From a virus (lineage: Duplodnaviria > Caudoviricetes), in the IMG/VR virus record IMGVR_UViG_3300009108_000026, positions 1 through 39,111 of that record: a stretch of DNA of 39,111 nucleotides; one strand, given 5' to 3'. Numbering within the stretch: the first letter of the stretch is position 1; every line of letters starts with the position of its first letter. The notes under the pieces are model-generated. The model was not told where the DNA came from and did no database searches. It saw only the letters and a list, made by a program, of their open reading frames with translations. This document shows positions 17,501 to 24,431 of the stretch, in pieces. A program made the translations under genes and the position numbers.

Positions 17501-18637
17501 GGTGAGTGGGGAACAACAATGAACACATTCTACTTATTTTTCAACGCAACAATCCAAGGTAATGCCAGAATTGCTGCATCCTTTGCTAAATCTAAAAAGA
17601 CCAGGGCTATAATGGCTGGTATGGTTGGAATGGCTGTAACCCAGGGTTTAGTAAATTATATGATAGCTCCTGATGAGTGGGAGAAAATGAACAAGTGGGA
17701 GAAGGATAATTACATGATATTAATGAGGCCAGATGGAACTCTGTTCAAATTAAAGGTTCCTTATGGTTATAACATTCTACATGTAATGGGTCAAACTGCA
17801 GCAGATCTGATCTACCAGGGATCTATGCAGGGGGCTGGATTTAAAAACCTAGATTATATGGAAGCAGCAGGAAGAGTATTTGGAGCAGCATCAGATGCAT
17901 TTTCTCCTTTTGGTGATGGATCCTTATTCCAGGCCATGTCACCTACTGTATTAGATCCAATAGTACAGATAGCAGAAAATAAGAAATTCCATGGTGGTCC
18001 CATATCACCTAAAAAATGGGGAGATACAGAGAGTGCTGATTTTATGAACTACTGGTCTAAGAATCCACCAAGTTGGGTATCCAGGGCAATTACTTATGGG
18101 TTAGCTATGGCTACTGGTGGGAAGCATTATAAAGGAGTAAGAACAGATTCTAAGGGAAATCTCGTTGATCATTATATACCTGGATGGATTGATATAAATC
18201 CAAATACTTTAGATCATGTGTTTGAATTTATGACTGGAGGTGTTGGTAAGTTTATTTCCAGGAGTGTGGATCTGGGTATCAATGTAGCAGTTGGTGAGAA
18301 AACACCAGCAAAAGAGATCCCATTCATTAGACAATTTTATGGAGAACCTGATAAAAGGGCTATTACTGAAAGGGTACTGATTAAAACCTATTTAAGTAAA
18401 TCTAAAACAAAAATATATAATCATGTAGAGGTTGCTAAGTTCAAGCGTTATGTATATGATGCTATGAAGTTAGGAAAGCTCACAGAGACACAATCAAAAT
18501 TAGTATTGGATGAGAATGGTAACGAGGTGCCAAGGGTGATCAGAGACTTTATGAACAACCAAAGGTTAGCCCAGGGCCTAACACCACATAAGTACAAAAG
18601 ATCTACTAAAAAGAAAAGAAAAAGAAGGATTTATTAA
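8582..18637 (+). CDS. Large polyvalent internal virion protein (degenerate zincin, ART-PolyVal-like, EELQSDW domain, HhH-GPD glycosylase-like, LPD38-like C-terminus)
   Basis: 3351 aa; motifs TLVEEWYH..EE.F; FKKWF..VVD..GEP...YHGT..GFHFG..VYL.IKNP..GYDGI..NQIK; HVRF..LFIEELQSDW..PDAPF; WYE..KT.NF..VTVDLW..R..QVQAAVW; VNFNKKG..LFFNA.IQG..KVPYG..NP..LDH. Confidence 0.85.
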   Translation: MANTAVSGQVPLKWYQIALTDPNIAAWYAQLRADHPGEPESVIDHMVRSIQDYGDGSGSGYDYITAIEKGDRPSMQPDGKYHWGGDVGGVILKGKQHPTRHLTDQGFTSQGMDPQELQPPEMRPLNQQGVDWNRMVPGVQQILDDQAGRVERIREQARNRQMVIDSYQDLVKAYPESYKQIKSLVEEGVHDLDTVIKIVRNPIKKDIPSELGFFDKVAEFKHIKSWVKLLPFVGSAAEITEMEMLAMAVESFENGTATPRQINMLKEFVEYSEADRDWFYKVFDLVTNLPAFAGEIYLTGGIYTAAKKATLEVAKRGLKKVLTDSGKKALYQYGTKKATGKIAQKSLGAIGGATAQAIPAGTTRIPAETMQRMMPTLGLDEDEKLVIQGEGESALDALVNATKGQWIEMVSERSGGLFGSLGRPVKEAIARTTLMKRWMKSNPGGTVSQFSEILNRSGYHGVINEILEERVGAIARATPGIGTGEEFEDYTSKEFWEQLSVEGAAFAVPGIGRATADFQVRRKAKKAEEKAELASQQMEAAASLSPTGTIGVDDQGRRVTSFEERRRTEEEALSEIDAAVEAGDTTEGVGMLARHLISQDPDFDGKTSLEISREVLKLTDDYIRNVLKKEPEKFFEEEGITRDEAEEYYATGSTQVDIQKGYTRTAIKLYKGHDADTLVEEWYHSFWEHTTDQDRAAFQKYHDQSGDTRSVEEHFGQEGRDYFFSEKMHEEAGAIRTIFENARKSLRELIARIRTIRGAKIPKKIQDMYRAAGKRELTPQQQKKVKTDKKDTQFQAKKLEPMEANLRKKSRGKLTESKKLFKRLVKVVPDMWRGLSSSDAQKLTKLGMKVYYPDAVKNMLMQAGMSNKDATKLIAQAKAIPDFNPSEVLDKIDWSTVDWYNQDKGPKIMHQVKKLDKAVKPRSKEFKKWFKGSKVVDDKGEPMVMYHGTKASKVIPPKTDDDIVKSEPVDFDIFEEGDIGFHFGTKEQANSRVRRGGGQFTNARVMPVYLNIKNPLRMEEPHIGGDWGHAQQIITQLEELGFKDIPKEPKVRRGYNYYPSTKGTRKQHLEDIKNYLIDKGYDGIVYANKFESPLRDKEGKITTSYEKGEIDVQDSYIAFKPNQIKGQFNVKPTSGPKIMHQAKKFTDRENFEMQDTAKKIFGVTEDPREAGYILNDGSMLDFSGKNEGGTPGTRAYDHRQINQIGDDSEGQGGDSKWDDVGMMEFIKAGAIRYMPESMTFHLGPLHPDQGQLATMRKLIENPPGMEVLHFKTPITIRISAAKPFEKNYDRDTSWEEIKRDILQFIRTGRKPSIVQQFHQARKKEDIFFSPSERAVEEKFPPTMKSMSVINWIKKQTNNSKEIEWLDISSFLKGKKKITKEDLLEWINANKIIVQDVFKVDEWMKTPEWKAFDAKLKKKYGDSWDHPDFEFDGPQEGSIARDLDIMNEKEMDEYSGIKLKYQEPEHSGYQLPGEKEDYRELLLIYPQKGFKEYLNFEELPEDAQALVGFGDQESIEGLQGLGYEVETDMSGEITNIYKKDREEPFTQGHYEEANVLAHVRFNTRTSRTGEKILFIEELQSDWHTKGRERGYKKEILDKELKWAKLADIGDGTEWVATIPGTRYNYTITYDKENNTFLTRRVDEHGRLRGVIDFEYLEEAKTYVQNAVNSADIKTGSVPDAPFKGTDWIELVAKRMLRYAAENNFDRIAWTTGKQQVERWKSALRQKVDAIQWQKVKDTQQTFEENKEGYYQDLVKINGIKGNKSVFDESIPLSGATKIQGQDVNLEGLIGKQIATQIRESDKRSGTVEGGDLTIGGQGMKLVYDSAFKKALNKLGKKFGTKVDRVEIFADQKIDTVLDPGTGEKKQDIRVFKRFQPSLYIPPKMSESAQKAAPQFQVKKKKDVDFPRVKKSGKYIALPDNINTPQKLGGLVTRLANMAKEGEEGRYWYERSSDVILHAVNGDQEEAQKIAALTGLFSQGTGLLPNWRAALRYYINSKAGEPKTEGRFPNTMVPKAEKIMNGEIPLGIKTNNFYTNLMRHIDPGMEQGVTVDLWIMRALGYKTDAPGPVQYDRASKLITRAAERLGWEPHQVQAAVWTTIKSKWEAVQQKIKAEAVKKGHFIPAKKVDGKKVPGHWKSEIMRIRYRNKFLKAAYKVPSSEVKALDFADLMANELATITMETVPGVEGYLDKVDLDKDYVELNRMHVALQRVITDEAGNDRLAQAVGMMVMGDMSAPGAWLEKVSPGRQLTVVAPKGKTGDITKQSEDQIKEYASLFGLLFHQYGVGYHKPMFENTMIRSNLAEVVFENDVRLTAEESRKFTAAMAEEIESKYGVEYIHDVYLAPASTGYRWINLTKEKAEFIKSKMPEGKKSKYKEITNKDFRELVANVTHKTFPKIKYEIVAFKANSNLILKSQEKETDETYKNTLSRSKRSQIYRGLLSDLHPQVNQVYQDFAGKNDWGKAPQKDQKVTFQVRHKRTLPSENKPKPLASKGTELSLDPERFRDRVQRKIQDKMNRLGHVMKKVREVRDISDEEDAYLASDNYIGRTRERMDKFEREVFDKKGSLLDRILSAGYSIDDFGEYLHARHAKERNDHVAKINEDMPDGGSGMTNEEASEILAKHKGDKQIQKFAQEFYRRVTKRALRERLNAGLIDRETYDKLTTYYKNYVPLFVVKDIENRINTSGKGLSIPQGAELKRVKGSTKERANPVYSAIYEMMGVIKRTEKNKVGLKFLDLAEEFDSESWEVNRMRYKPVYNKNGELEFMEPQFKLDDNVFAVRREGKIYLITIHDEALARGLKNLGTEKTFKYLMTANNYLRSIVTTFNPEFIITNFERDIQTALVHVAGEFKGLAGTVLKNTPKAIRGVWRNVRDKDAVYWSEMYDELKAAGGKVGWFDMDTLEDHQSKVEKRLKEIQGGTGNLKKAARAVGDFVENANEAIESGVRLATYEALRKKGMSKEKAAQVAKGITVNFNKKGEWGTTMNTFYLFFNATIQGNARIAASFAKSKKTRAIMAGMVGMAVTQGLVNYMIAPDEWEKMNKWEKDNYMILMRPDGTLFKLKVPYGYNILHVMGQTAADLIYQGSMQGAGFKNLDYMEAAGRVFGAASDAFSPFGDGSLFQAMSPTVLDPIVQIAENKKFHGGPISPKKWGDTESADFMNYWSKNPPSWVSRAITYGLAMATGGKHYKGVRTDSKGNLVDHYIPGWIDINPNTLDHVFEFMTGGVGKFISRSVDLGINVAVGEKTPAKEIPFIRQFYGEPDKRAITERVLIKTYLSKSKTKIYNHVEVAKFKRYVYDAMKLGKLTETQSKLVLDENGNEVPRVIRDFMNNQRLAQGLTPHKYKRSTKKKRKRRIY
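11294..12015 (+). repeat. 32-bp direct repeat pair (11294-11325, 11984-12015) flanking the ART domain
   Basis: ggtcctaagattatgcatcaggttaagaagtt vs ggtcctaagatcatgcatcaggctaagaagtt; 30/32 identical, 690 bp apart, in frame. Confidence 0.92.
15834..15986 (+). CDS. Candidate nested 50-aa gene in the +1 frame of the giant gene
   Basis: TTGCAT-18nt-TAATTT (15780-15809), AGGAG (15819-15823), ATG 15834; MKPTRIRLADRNDPRFTEGFSVTSIHRLTKSTKTSQEKTTGAKLPKKTKK; local shift to C-ending codons in the host frame. Confidence 0.5.
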   Translation: MKPTRIRLADRNDPRFTEGFSVTSIHRLTKSTKTSQEKTTGAKLPKKTKK

Positions 18638-18688
18638 TAGGAAATATTAGATAACAATGAAAATTTACAACCCTATATGGAATAAAAT

Positions 18689-21310
18689 ATGGCAAGTATA
18701 GCCCAAAAAACACCTGGATCAACCTTCAAAGATCTGCTCACAGTGTACGATGGAGATGCAAATGAAGGCCTTGAAACATCCCTGAAGAAAGTATTTGATG
18801 GTGAGGGGATCCAATCATCAATTCAGTTAAGCACTGATGATTTTAATATATCTACACATGACTCTACTAAGGGTCTATACCTTGGTGGAACTCTAGTTAC
18901 TGCGACTGCTGCAGAATTAAATACACTTAGTGGAGTTACATCAGGGACAGTATTAGGATCTAAGGCAATAATTGTAGATAGTTCTAAAGATGCTACAGGT
19001 ATGCGTAATCTTACGATCACTGGTGAGATCACTGGAGAGGCTCCCAGCCAATCAGCAAATGATAACTCAAAAAAGATAGCAAATACTGCATATGTAAAGC
19101 AGGAAATAGATGCTATGATTGCTTCTGCTCCTGCTGCTCTAGACACATTAAATGAACTTGCTGCTGCATTAAACGATGATGCATCTTTTTCGTCAACTGT
19201 TACAAACAGCCTGGCTTTAAAGGCCCCACTGGCCAGCCCTTCTTTTACAGGTAATATAGGATTAGGTACATCAAGTCCTGCCTCATCAGCAGGATTGAGT
19301 CAGTTTTTAGAAATCTCAGGGGATGGGGCATCAGGGATTATCTTAACAGATACTACAAGTTCAACTCCTGCGAGTTATGAAATTTGGACAGATGCAAATA
19401 GATTAAGATTTTGGGATGATACCTATGGTGATGTCCTTACTTTAAATGCAGGTAAAGTCGGAATCGGAACAACAAGCCCAAGCGATTATTTTTCAACAGG
19501 AGATGATTTGGTTGTATATAATAGTTCACATTGTGGTATAACTATAGCAACAGGCGATGCATCAAGCGGTCATTGTGAAATTTATTTTGCTGATGGGACG
19601 AGCAATACAAATCAACAAACTGAGGGAAGAATTAGTTATGGTCATGATAATAACGATATGACTTTTAGAACCAATCACTCAGATCAAGTTATTATTGACT
19701 CATCAGGCAATGTAGGAATAGGAGTTACAAGTCCTGCATCCAAATTAAATTTACCTTTAGAAAATGATGCCTCAACACCCACATTGTCTTTTGGGGATGG
19801 TGATTCGGGAATATATGAGGGGGCAGACGATAATTTATATATTTCTACAGCAGGTAGTGATGCAATGAAAATCAGTTCAACTAATGTTGTATATTGTGCA
19901 GGTAGTGTAGGAATCGGAACTGCGAGTCCAGGATACCCCTTAGATGTAAATGGTAAGGGTAGGTTTGTAGACGAAATATTTGTAACAGGCACAAATCCAA
20001 AAATCACTATAACAGATACCAGTGCTGGGCATGATGATTTTACTATAGATGTTAATGCTGATACTTGGATGCTTAATCAGATATTAAATGTTACATCAGG
20101 TGGAAATGTAGGAATAGGTACAACGAGTCCTAATGCACAATTACATATACAGACTACAAGTGGTGCTGATTCTGGTCAAGGAGTTGTAGTTGAAAACTCT
20201 TCTAATGAAGAGTGGGCATTCATGGCAGGAATTATTGGACAGACAAGTAATGGTGCATCAATTTATGATAAAAATAATGCTGCTGTTAGGATGTCTTTTT
20301 TAAATAATGGCAATGTTGGAATCGGAGAAACGAGTCCAGACAAGCCACTACATATAACAAATACAGGGGATACACCACTTAAAATAGAACATTCAGATGG
20401 TACTGGTGTATATATAGAATTAAGGAATAATGCTGGGGCAGGATATATAGGTTCAAGTACAGATGGGTTGGTTTTTTTAACTACTGCAAGTGGGACTGAG
20501 AGAATGAGGATTCTCTCAGGTGGTAATGTCGGAATCGGAACAACGAGTCCATCAACAATCCTTAATATACATCCTGAAGATGCAGGGGATGGTATACAGA
20601 TAGATGAAACAGATAGCACAAATAGGGCATTGAGATTATTAGGGTATGATACTTATGGATTAGTTGAGGTTCGTGGGTTTGATGATATAACCCATACCAT
20701 TGATGGGGCAAATGGGGTTGTATTTAATGAAAACTCAAGGGATATGGATTTCAGGGTTGAGTCCGATGGTAATTCTAATATGCTTTTTGTTGATGGTGGG
20801 AATAATAGAGTAGGAATCGGAACTGCGAGTCCCTCAGTAGAATTAGAGGTGGATGGTGATATAAAATGTGATGATATAAATGTACAGTATGATTATATCA
20901 GAGTTGGGATTGATTATGATCAATCAGCAGGAACTCTTTTAGCTCTGCCATTGGATGGGACAAGAGGTTACACTACTTTTGCAGGAAATCTAGAGAAATG
21001 CTGTATGATTGCCCCCCATGATGGGACACTTGATTTTATTCAATTTAGATCAGAAGAGGTTCCAGGGAATCCAGTTGTGATTGGGTTCCATAAACAGGTT
21101 GATGGGACAGAGGTTCCAAGCGACACTGCTGATGTTACTGTAAGCCTGGATATGAGTGCATTAAATTCTGAAAATAGATCAACTAAATTTAATTTTACAA
21201 CATCTAATACATTCTCAGCAGGGGATGTGCTGGGATTTAGTATAGATCCAGCAAATGATATTAATGAATGCTTATTCGTAATATGTTTAAAATATGACAC
21301 AACCACTTAA
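18689..21310 (+). CDS. Tail fibre protein
   Basis: 873 aa; TATAAELN, IANTAYV, APAALDTLNELAAAL..D..F and KAPLASPSFTG fibre motifs; eight (G/N)xVGIGTxSP-type repeats. Confidence 0.88.
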   Translation: MASIAQKTPGSTFKDLLTVYDGDANEGLETSLKKVFDGEGIQSSIQLSTDDFNISTHDSTKGLYLGGTLVTATAAELNTLSGVTSGTVLGSKAIIVDSSKDATGMRNLTITGEITGEAPSQSANDNSKKIANTAYVKQEIDAMIASAPAALDTLNELAAALNDDASFSSTVTNSLALKAPLASPSFTGNIGLGTSSPASSAGLSQFLEISGDGASGIILTDTTSSTPASYEIWTDANRLRFWDDTYGDVLTLNAGKVGIGTTSPSDYFSTGDDLVVYNSSHCGITIATGDASSGHCEIYFADGTSNTNQQTEGRISYGHDNNDMTFRTNHSDQVIIDSSGNVGIGVTSPASKLNLPLENDASTPTLSFGDGDSGIYEGADDNLYISTAGSDAMKISSTNVVYCAGSVGIGTASPGYPLDVNGKGRFVDEIFVTGTNPKITITDTSAGHDDFTIDVNADTWMLNQILNVTSGGNVGIGTTSPNAQLHIQTTSGADSGQGVVVENSSNEEWAFMAGIIGQTSNGASIYDKNNAAVRMSFLNNGNVGIGETSPDKPLHITNTGDTPLKIEHSDGTGVYIELRNNAGAGYIGSSTDGLVFLTTASGTERMRILSGGNVGIGTTSPSTILNIHPEDAGDGIQIDETDSTNRALRLLGYDTYGLVEVRGFDDITHTIDGANGVVFNENSRDMDFRVESDGNSNMLFVDGGNNRVGIGTASPSVELEVDGDIKCDDINVQYDYIRVGIDYDQSAGTLLALPLDGTRGYTTFAGNLEKCCMIAPHDGTLDFIQFRSEEVPGNPVVIGFHKQVDGTEVPSDTADVTVSLDMSALNSENRSTKFNFTTSNTFSAGDVLGFSIDPANDINECLFVICLKYDTTT

Positions 21311-21327
21311 TTAAGGAGAAAAACAAA

Positions 21328-21570
21328 ATGGCCGACACATTTAAAAAAATAGTCAAAGAGTCCCCACCTGTAAACGATCCACCAGCAGATGCCTGGAAGG
21401 ACCAACAAGTGGAGAAGGAACATCAACCAGCTAAAGTGAAATCGACTTTAACATATCGTCAAATGGAATCCCAGGTTGCAAACATGGATAAGCAGATTAC
21501 TGCTATCCAGGATCGTAAAGCAGCAATGGAAGCTGATATGGCAAAAGTTAAAACTGCAGCAGAATCATAA
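21328..21570 (+). CDS. Small coiled-coil protein (possible fibre assembly chaperone)
   Basis: 80 aa; RBS AAGGAG; heptad-rich C-terminal half. Confidence 0.55.
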   Translation: MADTFKKIVKESPPVNDPPADAWKDQQVEKEHQPAKVKSTLTYRQMESQVANMDKQITAIQDRKAAMEADMAKVKTAAES

Positions 21571-21587
21571 ACTAATAGGAGAACAGC

Positions 21588-21746
21588 ATGAGTGATGTAA
21601 AGAAAGTTCTTGAGTCTAAAGTTCAAGAAATGGAAGAACAGGTCAAGCAAATCGAAGTTATTTATCATCAAAAAACAGGAGCGTTGACTGAATTGAAAAA
21701 TACTATTAGTGAGCTTGACGAAAATAAGGAAAAAAAGGAGAAGTAA
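21588..21746 (+). CDS. Small coiled-coil protein (not in ORF track)
   Basis: RBS AGGAG; 52 aa MSDVKKVLESKVQEMEEQVKQIEVIYHQKTGALTELKNTISELDENKEKKEK. Confidence 0.7.
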   Translation: MSDVKKVLESKVQEMEEQVKQIEVIYHQKTGALTELKNTISELDENKEKKEK

Positions 21747-21747
21747 A

Positions 21748-22206
21748 ATGCCACAAGGAAATGAATCAGCCTATTTACAGGCTGTAAAGGATAAGACATA
21801 CCAGGGTATGTTAAAGTCACCTGAAGAAAGGAAGAAAAAAGCTGCCAAGATGAAGGCTCTATTGAAGAAGAGAAGGGCTGCCAGGCGAGGTAAGGTAAAG
21901 ACAACCAGGGCTAAGTTAAAAGGATCAGGCACGATTAGAACTAAGGAAGTAAGAACCCATTCTAAAAAGGAAGTCTCTGATTACAATAAAAAACTTGGCA
22001 GAAAAAGTGTCAAAGCTGGCAGTATGAAAACGACTGTAGATCCTAGAACTGGTCATGTTGAGAAAACTAAGGGTGGAAGTTATCCTGAATATAAAAAAGG
22101 TACTCAGGCATCCAAGAGTTTTAAACAATCATTCAGGGCTGCTAGGAAATCAGGCAAAAAAACATTTGATTGGGATGGAAGGAAGTATACCACTAAGTTG
22201 AAATAA
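21748..22206 (+). CDS. Highly basic protein with C-terminal F...F..AR..G...F.W.G..Y.T motif
   Basis: Start moved to ATG 21748 (RBS AAGGAG, directly after the upstream stop); 152 aa, very K/R-rich. Confidence 0.65.
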   Translation: MPQGNESAYLQAVKDKTYQGMLKSPEERKKKAAKMKALLKKRRAARRGKVKTTRAKLKGSGTIRTKEVRTHSKKEVSDYNKKLGRKSVKAGSMKTTVDPRTGHVEKTKGGSYPEYKKGTQASKSFKQSFRAARKSGKKTFDWDGRKYTTKLK

Positions 22207-22454
22207 TGAATCCAAATGTGGAAAAAGAGAGGGCTGCTAATAGGGCTAAAAACACTAAGGCTTATAAAGAGTATAAAAAGACTAAGCCTGAAATAAAATA
22301 TGCTACTAAAGGTGAGCTTAACAAGATGCAAAAAGACTATGATAAAAGAGTCTCAGTTGTAAAATCTAAATATCCTAAGAAAAGCAGTAAAAAGAAGAAA
22401 TGGTATTTGTCAGCATTGGATAAAATATTAAAGAAAAAAAAGATCATTAATTAG
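22206..22454 (+). CDS. Highly basic hypothetical protein
   Basis: 82 aa, Lys-rich; TAATG stop-start overlap. Confidence 0.6.
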   Translation: MNPNVEKERAANRAKNTKAYKEYKKTKPEIKYATKGELNKMQKDYDKRVSVVKSKYPKKSSKKKKWYLSALDKILKKKKIIN

Positions 22455-22463
22455 GGAGTAAAA

Positions 22464-22778
22464 ATGGAAGATATCTTTGCAGTATACTCAGAGTATGGTG
22501 CAGTTGCTATTATTTGTGGATTGTTCGCATATATGATAACGAATTTAATTAAATCACAGAGAGAGCAAACAGAAGATCTGGAACATATCAAGCAGTCTAT
22601 TCACAAAATGGAATCAGTGAACGATAATATACAGAGTGTTGTAATAAAATTAATTGATCGTTGGAACTCTGTTGAAGAAAAGCAGGAGCGAAGACATGAA
22701 AAGAGTGTGGAGATCCAGAATAATGTAACAGACACACTTAATTTCATTAAAGGAAGGTTAAATAATAAAGGTGGATAG
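22464..22778 (+). CDS. Putative holin (one N-terminal TM plus coiled coil)
   Basis: 104 aa; YGAVAIICGLFAYMI; RBS GGGAG; upstream of the endolysin. Confidence 0.6.
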   Translation: MEDIFAVYSEYGAVAIICGLFAYMITNLIKSQREQTEDLEHIKQSIHKMESVNDNIQSVVIKLIDRWNSVEEKQERRHEKSVEIQNNVTDTLNFIKGRLNNKGG

Positions 22779-22935
22779 TCTAATGATACAACCTCTGACT
22801 ATTAAAACTCCAATTTTAGAAGTGGAGGCTGATTATGGTCATCCAGTTATAGATGGATTTATGATAGTTTTTGTCCTGGCAGTTGTATTTATTTTCAAAA
22901 AAGCAGTTGATAAACATAAAGGTAATTTAAAATGA
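22771..22935 (+). CDS. Small single-TM protein (not in ORF track)
   Basis: GTG start (alternative ATG 22783); 54 aa containing GFMIVFVLAVVFIFKK; overlaps both neighbours. Confidence 0.55.
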   Translation: MDSLMIQPLTIKTPILEVEADYGHPVIDGFMIVFVLAVVFIFKKAVDKHKGNLK

Positions 22936-23081
22936 TAGATTCGTTAAAGACAGTTAGTGCAGGAATGGGAGGAGTAGGTGTATGGTGGATTGATGGAGTA
23001 TCACCCATAATTCAATTACTTATTTCTCTATTTACATTGGCATATATTTATATAAAAGTAATGAAGGAGATTAATAGATGA
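22932..23081 (+). CDS. Small holin-like membrane protein (not in ORF track)
   Basis: 49 aa MIDSLKTVSAGMGGVGVWWIDGVSPIIQLLISLFTLAYIYIKVMKEINR; ATGA overlaps at both ends. Confidence 0.6.
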   Translation: MIDSLKTVSAGMGGVGVWWIDGVSPIIQLLISLFTLAYIYIKVMKEINR

Positions 23082-23317
23082 TGGATTTTTTTAACTGGAC
23101 CAACTTGTTTTATTTGTTGGGCCTTATCCTGGCAGGCATTGCAACACTTATGGCTGCGAAATACAAAACCATGATGAAAGAGATTGGTGATGTTGCTAAA
23201 ACATTGGAGGTTGCATATGCTGATGGCAAACTTGACTCTAAAGAGAAAAAGAAAATTATGAAAGAAGTCCTGGATGTCTTAAAGAGTGTTATAAATTTAA
23301 AGTGGAAGATCTTTTGA
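23078..23317 (+). CDS. Membrane protein, holin-like
   Basis: 79 aa; TM LFYLLGLILAGIATLMAA; RBS AAGGAG. Confidence 0.6.
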   Translation: MMDFFNWTNLFYLLGLILAGIATLMAAKYKTMMKEIGDVAKTLEVAYADGKLDSKEKKKIMKEVLDVLKSVINLKWKIF

Positions 23318-23796
23318 TCGATATTCCACAAGCCAAGGATCTGATTGGAAGGGTCTTGGAAACATTTGGATCTAAGTATGCATCAGAAAGTGCTATAGAA
23401 CTGATCCTGGGAACAGGTATAATTGAATCCAGGTGGAGATACTTATCACAGGTAAATGGCCCAGCCAGGGGATTCTTTCAGATAGAACCTGACACTGCTA
23501 TGGATAATTGTCAAAATTGGCTCAAATTCAGGCCTGCAGAGATAGATCGTTGTGTTTATGCTACATTGATACCAAGAAGGTATTGGATCAAGCCTAACAA
23601 GCAAAATTGGGATTATCTTTTAGAAACTAATATAGCAGCAGGGATCATACATGCCAGGATAAAATACTGGAGATCTCCTGAACCACTTCCTGATACTATA
23701 TCAGGTTATGCAGCTTACTGGAAAAAGTTTTACAATACTGAGCTTGGAGCTGGAACTGTTCAGAAATTTATAGATCAAGTCTCCAAGTATGTTTAG
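23302..23796 (+). CDS. Putative endolysin, lysozyme/transglycosylase-like fold
   Basis: 164 aa; catalytic-type ES motif (GIIES), GPARGFFQ, YWKKFYNT; follows the TM genes. The start may be TTG 23314. Confidence 0.65.
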   Translation: MEDLLIDIPQAKDLIGRVLETFGSKYASESAIELILGTGIIESRWRYLSQVNGPARGFFQIEPDTAMDNCQNWLKFRPAEIDRCVYATLIPRRYWIKPNKQNWDYLLETNIAAGIIHARIKYWRSPEPLPDTISGYAAYWKKFYNTELGAGTVQKFIDQVSKYV

Positions 23797-23807
23797 GGAT
23801 CCCAGGA

Positions 23808-23846
23808 GGGCCAGGGGGTTTGCTGTTCTCCACTGGCCCATTCTCT
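23808..23846 (+). terminator. Hairpin ending the late/lysis operon
   Basis: gggccag (23808-14) pairs with ctggccc (23833-39); pyrimidine-rich tail but a weak U-tract. Confidence 0.5.
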
Positions 23847-23855
23847 TGCAAAAAA

Positions 23856-24062
23856 GGTCACAATCTAGTCACAGTGCATTTTTGGTATTAGAAGTTTATT
23901 GACGAGAAAAGTAAAAAAGGATACACGCTTGGAAAGCGTGTAATCGTTTTATGACGATTCGAGGGTTCGAATCCCTCCCTCTCCTCGTGAGGAGAAAGCT
24001 AGCTATTTATGGCTATTGCTATATATTGTTTTGCAATGTTTGGCACAATCTGGTCACAATTT
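23856..24062 (+). other. attP: tRNA-derived core flanked by arm-type repeats
   Basis: Tandem 11-bp-spaced GTCACAAT-type repeats at 23856-23875 and 24041-24062 flank a tRNA 3' half; the genome encodes a tyrosine integrase. Confidence 0.8.
23924..23984 (+). pseudogene. 3' half of tRNA-Ser(GGA) forming the attP identity block
   Basis: Anticodon arm cacgc-ttGGAaa-gcgtg, long variable arm aatcgt/acgatt, T-arm gaggg-ttcgaat-ccctc, acceptor 3' strand cctctcc; no D-arm or 5' acceptor strand upstream. Confidence 0.9.
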
Positions 24063-24431
24063 CTATTGTAGGGTATTGGCTATTATATTTTTTAGTTCCA
24101 ATATTTCCTTTCTAGCAGCTAATAGTTTTTCCTGGCATGCTATAAGTTTGCCTGCATACAGATTGGGATCTTGCTTTATAATTGGATCTGCAATTTTTTT
24201 AAAAGAATGAAATATCCCTATTTCAGAAATTGCATCTGGGGCATAGCTATGTAACCTTGCAAGGAATCCTAATCCTGGGGTTCGTTTATTTTTCTCATAC
24301 GAATGTATGGATATGGTTGATACATCAAGTATCTTGGCTAATTGCTTTTGTGTTAATTTTCTATCATTCCTTAATTTTCGCAGCACATCACCCACATTTA
24401 ACTTCATTCTAATATAATCCTCATTGCTCAA
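24063..24431 (-). CDS. XRE-family HTH repressor (CI-like, no peptidase domain)
   Basis: LRKLRNDRKLTQKQLAKILDVSTISIHSYEKNKRTP; divergent from the early operon. Confidence 0.88.
   Translation of the reverse strand: MSNEDYIRMKLNVGDVLRKLRNDRKLTQKQLAKILDVSTISIHSYEKNKRTPGLGFLARLHSYAPDAISEIGIFHSFKKIADPIIKQDPNLYAGKLIACQEKLLAARKEILELKNIIANTLQ

Noticed and set aside
18689-21310. Diversity-generating retroelement targeting the fibre
   Set aside because: No reverse transcriptase and no TR/VR pair differing at adenines were seen.
21709-21747. ORF-track start at 21709
   Set aside because: It overlaps the 21588..21746 gene; ATG 21748 has the RBS.
23900-23990. Complete phage-encoded tRNA-Ser
   Set aside because: The D-arm and 5' acceptor strand (GGAGAGG) are absent; it is an attP fragment.
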